NCBI RefSeq assembly: GCF_001194135.2
Contig: NC_068984.1
Location: 21,535,423 to 21,567,509 of the forward strand
Direction of reading: 5' to 3'
Length of the DNA stretch: 32,087 nucleotides
From: Octopus bimaculoides
Lineage: Eukaryota
Part shown: positions 1 through 8,990 of the stretch, piece after piece
How positions within the stretch are numbered: the stretch's first letter is position 1
How the letters are laid out: each line of letters opens with the position of its first letter
The notes under the pieces: model-generated
Seen by the model: the letters and a program-made list of their open reading frames with translations, nothing else
The model's database searches: none
Told to the model about the DNA's origin: nothing
Made by a program: the position numbers and the translations under genes

Positions 1-156
1 GATCGAGTGGACATTGCGCCTCATTTTTTTTTCATTCTTGCATATTATCATTTTATTTTAATTACCCCGATTTTATGTTTGCGTTTTGTACTGTCTTTAT
101 GTTTTGTGATGTCTTAAAAAATTCTTTGTATAGCCCTTTATGGATAATAAAGAAAT
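1..156 (+). mobile_element. 3' end of a retroelement (element X) with the shared 'tail B' terminus
   Basis: Seen: ends agccctttatggataataaagaaat (132-156), a diverged version of the terminus at 316-340 and 2177-2201, and is followed by cggtat and SINE body. The 5' part lies outside the window. Confidence 0.55.
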
Positions 157-340
157 CGGTATGTCGTTTGTCGGTACGTTCTGAGTTCAAATTCCGCCGA
201 GGTTAACTTTGCTTTTCATCCTTCTGGGGTCGATAAATTAAGTATCGGTTACGCACTGGAGTCGATGTAATCGTCTTAATCCCTTTGTCTGTCCTTGTTT
301 GTCCCCTCTATGTTTAGCCCCTTGTGGGCAATAAAGAAAT
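157..340 (+). mobile_element. tRNA-derived SINE body (B box onward) ending in LINE-type tail B
   Basis: Seen: cggtat...gagttcaaattccgccgagg...ggagtcgatgtaatcg matches the intact copy at 13032-13256, but the 3' end is gtcccctctatgtttagccccttgtgggcaataaagaaat rather than the ggccttgtgcc tail. Confidence 0.8.
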
Positions 341-379
341 AAGAAACGTTAGCACGTCGGACGAAATGCTTGGCAGTAT
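341..379 (+). mobile_element. 5' head fragment of a SINE split by element Y
   Basis: Seen: aagaaacgttagcacgtcggacgaaatgcttggcagtat matches 13048-13085 (agaaacgttagcacgccgggcgaaatgcttagcggtat). The SINE resumes at 2202. Confidence 0.8.
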
Positions 380-471
380 AACGGCTCTGTGAGTTTACTG
401 GTCGGACGTGTTATTACTCGCTGCGATTTTTTTGAGTATAACGCCACTATTGTTTGGTTGGCGTTGCTGAG

Positions 472-1965
472 ATGGAGAAAATGAAGGCGTATGCAGCAGC
501 GACAGGGGAGTCGAGCTTTTGTCGTCCCTGGCCTGCTGAAGCAATATTAAGTACATTGGAATGAAGACATGGCTGAGAAGGTTGGAAAATATAAAGAAAT
601 GATAAAGGAGGAGGGGCCAAACGTGAAGTTGACCCCATCAGAGGAGGAAAAGACGAAAATGGAAATTGGAGTCGTGGAATATAAATCATTTTCAAGGTAA
701 AATAAAAGAATAGAGAGTGCAACGAAGGAGGAGGTGGAGGAGTGTTCGAAGGAATTGCAAGAAGATGTCGTTTTTTACAAGAGGCAAGACATACGCGTCT
801 GTAGAGATCACATTTGTATCGGAGGAGGCAGCAAAGAAATACGCCAGTAAGACGTTAACTAAAGGAAATTGGATGCTCTTGCCCAATAAGTTGGGTAGAC
901 GTCTAACGTGGATTAGAGTGGGTAGGATCCCACCGAAAATAGAGTTGGAATGGGTAATGGCAGCAGTTTTTCCTGAAAGAGGAGGAGAAGATAAAAGGAT
1001 AATTATGATAAGCAGAACCTAACAAATAAATTGCTAGGGGTATGGATTGGAGGTGCTTTTTATGGCAGGTCAGAAAGTTTACAGTGACATACCGGAGACA
1101 CTGCAACTGCCTAACGAGGACAAACTGGACATAATTTTGGAGGGGAGACCTCCAAAGTGCTACGAATGTGGCAAAAGAGGTCACATTAGAAGAAGGTGCC
1201 CAGAAATAATGGAAAACAAAGAAATGGAAACGCAAGAAGGCGTGATAGAGGAGAAGAAACAGTCACAGGAAGAGGAGCAGAGAGCTGATTTTGAGGAAGC
1301 TTAAATCAAGGAAGAGAGAAAGGAGGAGCTCATCACCGAAAGTCGAACAAGGGAAAAAATACAAATCACAGGATCAAGTGGGATCACTGAGGAAAGAGGA
1401 TAATAGCAGACCATTACCACAGAACCATACAGTCTCACAATCGCACAGACAGACAGATACACAGATGCATAAACACACAGACATACATAGACTCGGAAGC
1501 GTAGAAGATAACACAGTTGCAGAAACCTAAAAGCACAGAACCTGAAAACACAAACACACAGACACAACATGCAGACTTACAGTCACACAAACATGCATAC
1601 CCAGAGACAGATAAACACACAGATATACAGTCACAAAAAAATATAGAACAGACGCATGGTAGTACAGAATGACAAGAACAAACATACAGACGCAGGAGGT
1701 ACATAGGAACGGCATATATTTGATGTCATATCGATATACACAAAGAATAGAAAAGAAGATATCCAAAATAGAAGACATTGTCAAAGTGGACCTTTCGGAC
1801 GGTTGCGATAAGGAGACGAGATGGATTTTAATAGAAAAAGAAAAGTATAAAAAATTAAAAGAGGCTTTCCCGACAGATATAAACCCACTGGGGCCCGAGG
1901 TGAATTTCGAACCCATCGCTCCAGTGGTGAACTACGAGGAAATAAAAGATTATATAAAATGGTGA
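472..1965 (+). pseudogene. Tx1/L1-type ORF1 (RRM-like region, CX2CX4HX4C zinc knuckle, low-complexity linker, C-terminal domain), frameshifted
   Basis: Seen: MEKMKAYAAA start; TRGKTYASVEITF...GRRLTWIRVGRIPP; EGRPPKCYECGKRGHIRRRCP (knuckle 1158-1199). Homologous to the minus-strand ORF at 6106-6520. Several stops and frameshifts. Confidence 0.8.
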
Positions 1966-2065
1966 GTAGTTTTATTTTGGATAAATTATTGAGATAATTT
2001 TGAAAAGAACTATCGAAGACTGTGAAAGGAACTATTGAGAACTGTTGAAATAACGCGACCACCCT

Positions 2066-2086
2066 GGGGTGGGGCTGGGGCTGGGG
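2066..2086 (+). other. Canonical G-quadruplex motif in the 3' UTR of element Y
   Basis: Seen: GGGG-T-GGGG-CT-GGGG-CT-GGGG. Confidence 0.75.
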
Positions 2087-2201
2087 TGGCCGTCCCATCA
2101 TCATTGTTTAATTTCATTGTTCCATTCTATCATGTGTTAATTGTCCCCACATGTGTGTATTGTCCCATCTGTGTTTAGCCCCTTGTGGGTAATAAAGAAA
2201 T

Positions 2202-2377
2202 CGGTATTTCGTCTGCCTTTACGTTCTGAGTTGAAATTCTGCCGAGGTCGACTTTGCCTTTCATCCTTTCATGGTCAATAAATTAAGTAGCAGTTGAGTA
2301 CTGGAGTCGATATAATTGACTTAACCCCCTCCCCACCAAATTTCAGGCCTTGTGCCCATAGTAGAAAGGATTATTAT
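2202..2377 (+). mobile_element. SINE body (continuation of 341-379) with tail A (ggccttgtgccc...gaaaggattattat)
   Basis: Seen: cggtatttcgtctg...gagttgaaattctgccgagg...tttcaggccttgtgcccatagtagaaaggattattat; colinear with 13080-13256. Confidence 0.85.
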
Positions 2378-2560
2378 AAGGTGGCATTTCGTTCGTTCTT
2401 ATATTCTGAGTTCAAATTCCGCCGAGGTCAACTTTGCCTTTCATCCTTTCGGGGTCGATAAAATAAGTACCAGTGAAACGCTGGGATCGATGTAATCGAC
2501 TAGTCTCCTGCCCCATAATTTCAGGCCTTGTGCCTCCAATAGAAAGGATTATTATTATTG
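2378..2560 (+). mobile_element. SINE copy with internal head deletion, tail A
   Basis: Seen: aaggtgg joined to catttcg, B box gagttcaaattcc, tail ending gaaaggattattattatt. Confidence 0.85.
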
Positions 2561-2621
2561 TAGCTTTTCTTGTTACTTCTTGCTTGAATAGAACATTCTT
2601 TTTGTGACCAGGTTTGTAAAT

Positions 2622-2818
2622 TGGTTTCAAATTTTGGCACAAGGCCAGCAAGTTCGGGGAGGGAGTAAGTCGATTACATTGACCCCAATGCTCAACTGGT
2701 ACTTATTTTATCGGCAAAGTCAACCTCGGCAGTATTTTGAACCCAGAACGTAAAGACGGACGAATTGTCGCTTAGCATTTCGCTGTGCGTGCTAACGGCT
2801 TTACCAGATCGCTGCCTT
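2622..2818 (-). mobile_element. SINE copy, tail C variant (ggccttgtgccaaaatttgaaacc), internal deletion
   Basis: Seen: reverse complement matches head (aaggcagcgatctggtaaagccgttagcacg), B-box region and body. Confidence 0.8.
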
Positions 2819-3547
2819 GCTCCGGTTTGTAAATTACATTTAGTCGAGTTCCGCAAAAAAAAAAAAAATAAAAATAAAAATAAAATAAATAAAAGAACAA
2901 AAGGAAGCCTCCAAAAAACTGAACTCCTATTTGAGTCATATTACTCGGAATTATTACACAAGGAAGAGGGTTTTTGCATTTATCTCCCCCCTCCACCACA
3001 TGTATGAGGATTTATAGAGACACTTTGAAAACATTTTCTTCGCTACCTGACCTTCTATATAAAAAATATCGACTAGAAAGATACGCCCTCTCAGACTACA
3101 AAAACATTTGTACAGACAACACACAAAAACTGAAAAATACAAACGAAAATACGAACATTAAAAAAAAACAAATTACGACGCATCTGGTGTTTCTGACACA
3201 AGTTTATTTGAAGACTCGCACAACAATAACAAAAACAATAACAACAATAGTAACATACGCGTTTTCACACATAAAGTCGTAAATATCACGTCAAACGGAA
3301 ATACTGGACTTACAAAGGTTCCTGTTGGAGATGCAAGATTGATAAGACTGTATTGTGAAAAAGTCTGTCCATTTTCCCCAAGATTTTCTCCAAACGTAAG
3401 AACCGAGCAAGTATGCTTCACGAAAACAAGAGTGACAATTTGTGTGTAATGTAAAAATGAATTGCAGCAGGTACTGACTGATCTATTGGATAGTATTTTG
3501 TCTATTGACTGGGTTAAAACACGGCGTTACCTGTTTGCTTTTCGGAT

Positions 3548-3619
3548 CATCGATCACAGTACTTGACTGGTACTTTACCGACCTCGTAAGGATGACAGGC
3601 AAAGTTAAACTCAGCGAAT
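3548..3619 (-). mobile_element. Degenerate SINE body fragment
   Basis: Seen: gtacttgactggtac...gacctcgtaaggatgacaggcaaagtt resembles the reverse SINE body. Confidence 0.55.
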
Positions 3620-3782
3620 ACTAATAAATCTTTTCTATACTAACTAAAAGGGTCTAAATTTCTCCCAAATTTCAAGTTAATTCGCTGAGATAAAACAGAT
3701 TGTAATGAGTCTACAATACAGATAAGAAGCGAATGATTTTGTTTATTTCACCTGTGGAAAAAAAAAAGATACAGTTAATTTA

Positions 3783-3975
3783 AACACAAGCCCATAAAAT
3801 ATTGTGGGGAAGAGATTAGCTGATACCCTCGCCCTCCAGTATTTGATTAGTCCTTTATTTTATCGATCTCGGAGAAATGAAAAGCATGTAGACATTGAAG
3901 GGATTTGAACTTAGAATGTAAAGAGCCGGAAGAATTGTCGCTAAGAATTTTTTGTCCAGCTCGTGAACTATTCTT
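3783..3975 (-). mobile_element. Degenerate SINE copy
   Basis: Seen: ttattttatcgatctcggagaaatgaaaagc...gggatttgaacttagaatgtaaagag...gctaag resembles the reverse SINE. Confidence 0.65.
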
Positions 3976-4447
3976 TGAGTTCACAGGTTTAGTTGTAATG
4001 AAACAATAGAAAATTATTACAATGAACTAGAACAGGTGTATCTTGAAGAAATGAAATGCTTCCTATCCGAACTCGCTCAAAATATGTGTGAAGGTATCTT
4101 CCGCTGAAAAATGTTGCAATATGAACAATGACAAGTAGACAGAGATGTGGAGTGTTGTAATCTGACCTATCCATTGATTTCTCAACTGAGTGTGGGTAAG
4201 AACCTGAAATGTTATCCATTTCTTTATTTGTTTCTTTTTGAATTATATCTTTGATCTATTTTGTGTTATTTACCATATTTCTACATTTGGTGTAATTATT
4301 TGCGTGTTTTTATAAAATCTTAACTTATTCCTATTTTAATTGTATAACGTTTCTTTTTAAAAATCTTTTCCCTTGTCTGTTTCACTCTTCACATATTGCA
4401 CGTTATTTCGAGAAATCATCATCATTATTATTGTTATTATTATTATT

Positions 4448-5050
4448 CTGAAAGACTCTCGGACAGTTCTTAATTACTAGTTATTCTTTACTTGAAGGCA
4501 GACAATAACAAATCATCAAAGGTTTCAAGTAGTGCCTTCTCCTGTGATTCAAAGAGACAATACTTTCCTTAGAATACGAGCTGTACCCAACAATGCTGTC
4601 TTCTGGATCACCTCGAGCCTGACAGTAACTCCAATATTCTTAATATGTTTTTCAAAGCCCTTGGAAACTGCTCTTAATGCTCCAATTACCACCTGTATCA
4701 CCATTACTTTCCTCATGCCCCATGACTTTCCTATCTCGTTCCTCAGTGGTTGGTATTTCTCAATCTTTTCTGTTTCCTTACATTTCACCCTCGAATCACC
4801 TGATATTGCAGCATCTATTATCTTTACTTCTTTTTCATTTTTATGGATGATCACGATATCTAGCCGTCTTGCCTCTATAACTTGGTCGCACTGCATGTTA
4901 AAATCCCAGAGTATTTTGTAATGTTCGTTTTCCATTATTCTCTCTGGCTTGTGTTCATACCTTTGTTCGGCTCTCTGGAGGTTTGCTTTACCATATCTGG
5001 CCACATTGTCGTGTCTCCTTTTGGATTCGCGTTGCCGGAGCTTATAGCAC
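4448..5050 (-). mobile_element. 5'-truncated R4/Dong-type non-LTR retrotransposon (C-terminal zinc-finger His and REL endonuclease) in (TAA)n
   Basis: Seen: KRRHDNVAR, ILWDFNMQCDQVIEARRLDIV, IIDAAISGD, KETEKIEKYQ, VIQVVIGAL, IQKTALLGTARILRKVL; 3' end gaataataataat. Established: this C-terminal motif order is typical of R4-clade REL elements. Confidence 0.8.
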
Positions 5051-5070
5051 TTATTATTATTATTGTTATT

Positions 5071-5361
5071 GTCAGCGAGGTAAGACGTGTTTTCAGCGCT
5101 CCGTGATTTTGGATTTTCTTGTGACTTTTTTTCAAGTTTGACTATTTTGTTTGTCTGTTTTTGTTTTCTGAACCCCTTTTGGTGTGGGAAAGGTGTTCTT
5201 TTGCTGAAATTCCACCCTTCTAGGGGCGAATTTTTATCTTTTTGTCCATTACAAATACTTTTTTTTACGTCTAACGAAAAACAAGATAGCTTCCTCTATC
5301 GAGGGCAGTGGCTGTTCTGACGGCCAGTACAGCCAAGATTTCCTCTCCCTCTGAACAACAC
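5071..5361 (+). mobile_element. Probable 5' UTR and ORF1 start of a Tx1/L1 LINE
   Basis: Seen: gaggtaagacgtgttttcagcgctcc (GACGTGTT motif shared with the 5' end of element Y), T-rich UTR, then aagATAgct (possibly a decayed ATG) reading ASSIEGSGCSDGQYSQDF. Inference: 5' end of the LINE whose ORF2 lies at 6521-8067. Confidence 0.45.
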
Positions 5362-6520
5362 TTTTTGTTTATTGCCCACAAGGGGCCAACACAAAGGGGA
5401 CAACACAAAGACATGTGGAGACACATAACAAATAAAACAAAAGAGAAGTGTATGTTATGTTGAATGATAAGATGAAGATGAAAAATGGAATGAAGTTTCC
5501 TCANNNNNNNNNNNNNNNNNNNNNNNNNNNNNNNNNNNNNNNNNNNNNNNNNNNNNNNNNNNNNNNNNNNNNNNNNNNNNNNNNNNNNNNNNNNNNNNNN
5601 NNNNNNNNNNNNNNNNNNNNNNNNNNNNNNNNNNNNNNNNNNNNNNNNNNNNNNNNNNNNNNNNNNNNNNNNNNNNNNNNNNNNNNNNNNNNNNNNNNNN
5701 NNNNNNNNNNNNNNNNNNNNNNNNNNNNNNNNNNNNNNNNNNNNNNNNNNNNNNNNNNNNNNNNNNNNNNNNNNNNNNNNNNNNNNNNNNNNNNNNNNNN
5801 NNNNNNNNNNNNNNNNNNNNNNNNNNNNNNNNNNNNNNNNNNNNNNNNNNNNNNNNNNNNNNNNNNNNNNNNNNNNNNNNNNNNNNNNNNNNNNNNNNNN
5901 NNNNNNNNNNNNNNNNNNNNNNNNNNNNNNNNNNNNNNNNNNNNNNNNNNNNNNNNNNNNNNNNNNNNNNNNNNNNNNNNNNNNNNNNNNNNNNNNNNNN
6001 NNNNNNNNNNNNNNNNNNNNNNNNNNNNNNNNNNNNNNNNNNNNNNNNNNNNNNNNNNNNNNNNNNNNNNNNNNNNNNNNNNNNNTTCCGCTTACTTCTT
6101 CTGTTTCTGCTGGTGGTGGTATTATTTTCTCCTTTTCTCTTACCGATTCTTCCTTTTTTCTTTGTAGAGGGCAGTTTGCTCTAATGTGAACTTTCTGGCC
6201 ACACTTGCAGCACCTGGGTATCCTACCCTCTACTCTGACCACCATTGTTGTGTCGTCAAACACTATTCTTTTCAGCAAGTCTTCTATTACATCATTCGGT
6301 CCCCATATCACCATATTTAAGGATTGCCCTTTCCAGTTCCTTGCTTCCGTCTTGGTGGCCTGGAGAATCTCCATCTCTTTCTCGTTGCCAAGCAAGACTG
6401 TGGCTACTATCCAGGCCACGTCGACGACCGGGGGGATTCCCTCTACGTTGACCCTTAAAGCACTCCTTCCACCATATATTGGCAACATCACTACTTCTTC
6501 GTTCTTTAATATTGTTGACG
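5362..6520 (-). mobile_element. Second ORF1-type element (element Z), 5'-truncated, tail B, interrupted by an assembly gap
   Basis: Seen: GRSALRVNVEGIPPVVDVAWIVATVL...VEGRIPRCCKCGQKVHIRANCP aligns to ORF1 of element Y; 3' end (minus) gtcccctttgtgttggccccttgtgggcaataaacaaaaa. Gap 5504-6085 hides the middle. Confidence 0.75.
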
Positions 6521-8067
6521 AGTTCATCATAGAGAGGGTGGGTAACGAAGCTGGCATGGGCTATCAATCTAAAGCCTTTGATAGAGTCGACCATCAATGC
6601 TTGGCAGCTGTTCTCAAGGCAGCCGGTTTCGGTCCAGTCTTCCGCGGCTGGATCGCTGCTTTGTACAGCGACATCAGCTCAGTTGTTCGGGTCACCTGTC
6701 GGAGCCATTCAGCATCTTGCACCCAGTCTGTCACGGGTGTCCTCTCTCCTCCTTTTTGAGTGTACTGACTCTTGAGCCATTACTGCAGAAGTTGGAGGCT
6801 TTCAGGGGTGTCCTGCATGATCTAGGATGTGGGGAAAGTATGTCTGCTTACTCTGATGATGTCACCGTCATAGTGTCGAGCTACAGGCATGTAGACCTGA
6901 TTGGCGAAACACTACAAAAATATGAAGCGGAGACAGGAGCAAAAAATAACGCGGAAAAGTCAGTGGGCTTGCAGCTCGGCACCTGGAGAGGCAAGTCCAT
7001 GCCTTCGAACAACGTCGTGGGGAGCTGGATAGACCGTCCAGTTAAGTTTCTCGGAGTCTGGTTTGGTCAGGACTTCCAGGTGGGGCAAAACTGGGACGAA
7101 GTGATGAGCAGAGTAGCCAATCTCACCCAGAAATGGGCCGAGAGGAAGCTATCCCTGAAAGGTCGAATGGTAGTGGCGAATGCGTACATCGCATCCGTCA
7201 TCTATTACCGCTTGACTGTCGTCCCTTGCCCTGTTTGCTGGTTGACCAAGCTGGTGCACTTATTCTTCCGCTTTCTGTGTAAGGGGCGCGTTCCACTGGT
7301 CAGGCGCTCCATCTGCTGTCAACAGCCGCTGAATGGAGGGTTGGGCATGCTGTGGTTACTGATGCGCAGAAATGCGCTGAGGTTGCGGCATCTCTAGTGT
7401 TTCCTTGATGGTAAGCAGGTGTGGTCACCGTTTGTAAGAGACACTTTTCCACAGGTCGTCTCTTTGCCTGAGCTGCAATCCTGGATTAGGCGTAGACCGA
7501 GGAGGGGCGCTTGGCACTCGAGTACCGTCAAGCGCTCACAGCCTTCCACTAGGCGGGCAATGCAGTCAGTGGTAGTTCCACTCTACCGTTCTATAGAGGG
7601 CTAGTGGAGGAAAAGTGCAACGACGTTCTCAGAGTAACTCTACGAGTCGATGAAGATCAACTAACCGCTCCGTTTCGGAGAACTTTCGGGTCTGGGCCTA
7701 TGGATAATTTCCAGAAATCCCTTGGCTGGCAGTGCTACCGAGGGGCGCTGCCTGTTCGGGATAAACTTTACAGGCATGGAAGTGCCGTTAGTTGGGCCTG
7801 CCCGAGGTGCTCCCAGAACGATGAAACCGTTCCGCACGCCCTGGTCCAGTGCCCGTGTATTGCTGACCTATGGGTTTATGTCGAACACCTGCTGTCGCGT
7901 GTAGGACGGATCCGGCTATCAGCTGAATCCATTGTAAAGATTGCCCCGCCACCTTCTTTTGGCCGGGAAGGGCAGGCAATTTTTATTTGTCTAGTGGCTG
8001 TAGCGAAAAAGGTATTATGGTAGACCCGTTTGAAAGGGCTAAAGACAAACACTTTCCTATTTGGCCA
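6521..8067 (+). pseudogene. Tx1/L1-clade ORF2 fragment: reverse transcriptase C-terminal half and zf-RVT-like Cys/His domain
   Basis: Seen: QSKAFDRVDH, HGCPLS, AYSDDVT (YxDD at 6849-6860), KFLGVWFG, LSLKGR, GGLG, WQCYRGALPV, CPRCSQNDETVPHALVQCP. Frameshifts and stops present; the Asp normally preceding xxKAFD is missing. Confidence 0.9.
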
Positions 8068-8112
8068 TTTGTACCTAATGATGTTTAATTCCAGGCCAGC
8101 ACTGATAGTGTA

Positions 8113-8330
8113 AATCTGTGATCAGACGCTCTCTAGACGTGACCATTCCGTCCTTTTGTACATTAGAGACTGCATTATATTTTATATATGACGGTAGAGA
8201 AATGAGTTGAGAGAGGTTTGGCAGTTACTGTTGTTCTATATCCTGATATCATATTTGATCGAACAAATCCATGACTAGAGACGTTCCAATCGTGACCATC
8301 TAATCTTTTTGTATATCAGGGACTGTATGA
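8113..8330 (+). repeat. Two degenerate copies of a second short dispersed repeat (third copy at about 29915-29977)
   Basis: Seen: tgatcagac...cgtgaccattccgtccttttgtac (8113-8180) resembles catgactagag...cgtgaccatctaatctttttgtat (8265-8330) and ctgatcaaaggc...gatgatcgtcctgtcttt (29937-29975). Confidence 0.4.
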
Positions 8331-8639
8331 TCCAATGCATCACTCTTTATATATTTTTATTTGTTGAGTCTGGAGGAAAGGATAGTGCCCATAACTTTGC
8401 AGGCTCTCCGACATTAACAATTTCGATACTATCACTGTTCCATTTAAACTGTTGTAGGAGAGAGACTTGAGCAGTGAGAAAATTCCGAAGGAACTATGTT
8501 TTGGGGGGACAGGACTGAAGATAATGGTTAGTGTGGGGCCTAGCAGGACGGACGTACAAAGAGTGACAAGAGGTTAGAAGACAAGTGGGTCAGGGGTGCC
8601 CGAGGGGTGGTGTACAAGAGTAACCGGCTTCATGGGACA

Positions 8640-8990
8640 GAGCCAATGGGTGGAATACGTCGATAAGTGTTTGAATACCAGTTGGTCGAGAATCCCTTCC
8701 TGGATGGAGTCCATGATATTTGGGTGCCTAATAGTAGCATCGTTCAAGATGTGGAATTTGTTTTGGTGTATGTCTGTATTGATCGAACAGATATATGACG
8801 AAAGTGTTCGAACGTGTTCATCACGTCATTTTTCAGCGATATCTACTAGAAGCACACTGTTGAACTGCATTATTCGTAGAACTACATTGTTCATTGTGTC
8901 GCTCTTTAAGACGGCAAGGCGTGATTTGAAAGAGATTCACCTTGTATTTTCTAGCGGGTCGAACGATCCTTAATGGTCACTGCGTTGATT
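8640..8990 (-). mobile_element. Highly decayed Penelope-like GIY-YIG endonuclease remnant
   Basis: Seen across frames: KDR.DPLEN, V..FQITPC, RLKERHNEQ, STNNAVQQ, QEGILDQ. Inference: matches the usual PLE endonuclease motif order, but the YIG motif itself is not recoverable. Confidence 0.4.

Larger units (their letters stand above)
380..2201 (+). mobile_element. ORF1-only (no RT/EN) Tx1/L1-like non-autonomous retroelement (element Y), apparently full length
   Basis: Seen: 5' ggacgtgtt motif (404-412), decayed gag-like ORF1 with a CCHC knuckle, short 3' UTR ending aataaagaaat, and SINE halves that rejoin across it. No RT motifs. The 5' boundary is 374 if cagtat belongs to the element, 380 if it is a TSD. 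Confidence 0.75.

Noticed and set aside
157-2818. CRISPR-like or tandem-array reading of the recurring ~200-bp units
   Set aside because: The units are diverged SINE copies in both orientations with no constant repeat-spacer period; the DNA is eukaryotic and no cas genes are seen.
2900-3430. Coding potential of ORFs 2974-3282 and 3173-3421
   Set aside because: No recognisable motifs; largely A-rich or (AAC)n low complexity.
5271-6557. 428-aa ORF as one protein
   Set aside because: It reads through 582 Ns; only about 6086-6520 is ORF1-like, and its ends lie in other elements.
5362-8067. Twin-priming 5' inversion of a single LINE
   Set aside because: The inverted part carries its own 3' tail at its outer end, which twin priming would not produce.
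8404-8462. Second hammerhead (minus): ctctcc/ggagag stem, GAAA and GTC
   Set aside because: No CUGAnGA follows the 5' stem strand; at best a fully decayed relic.
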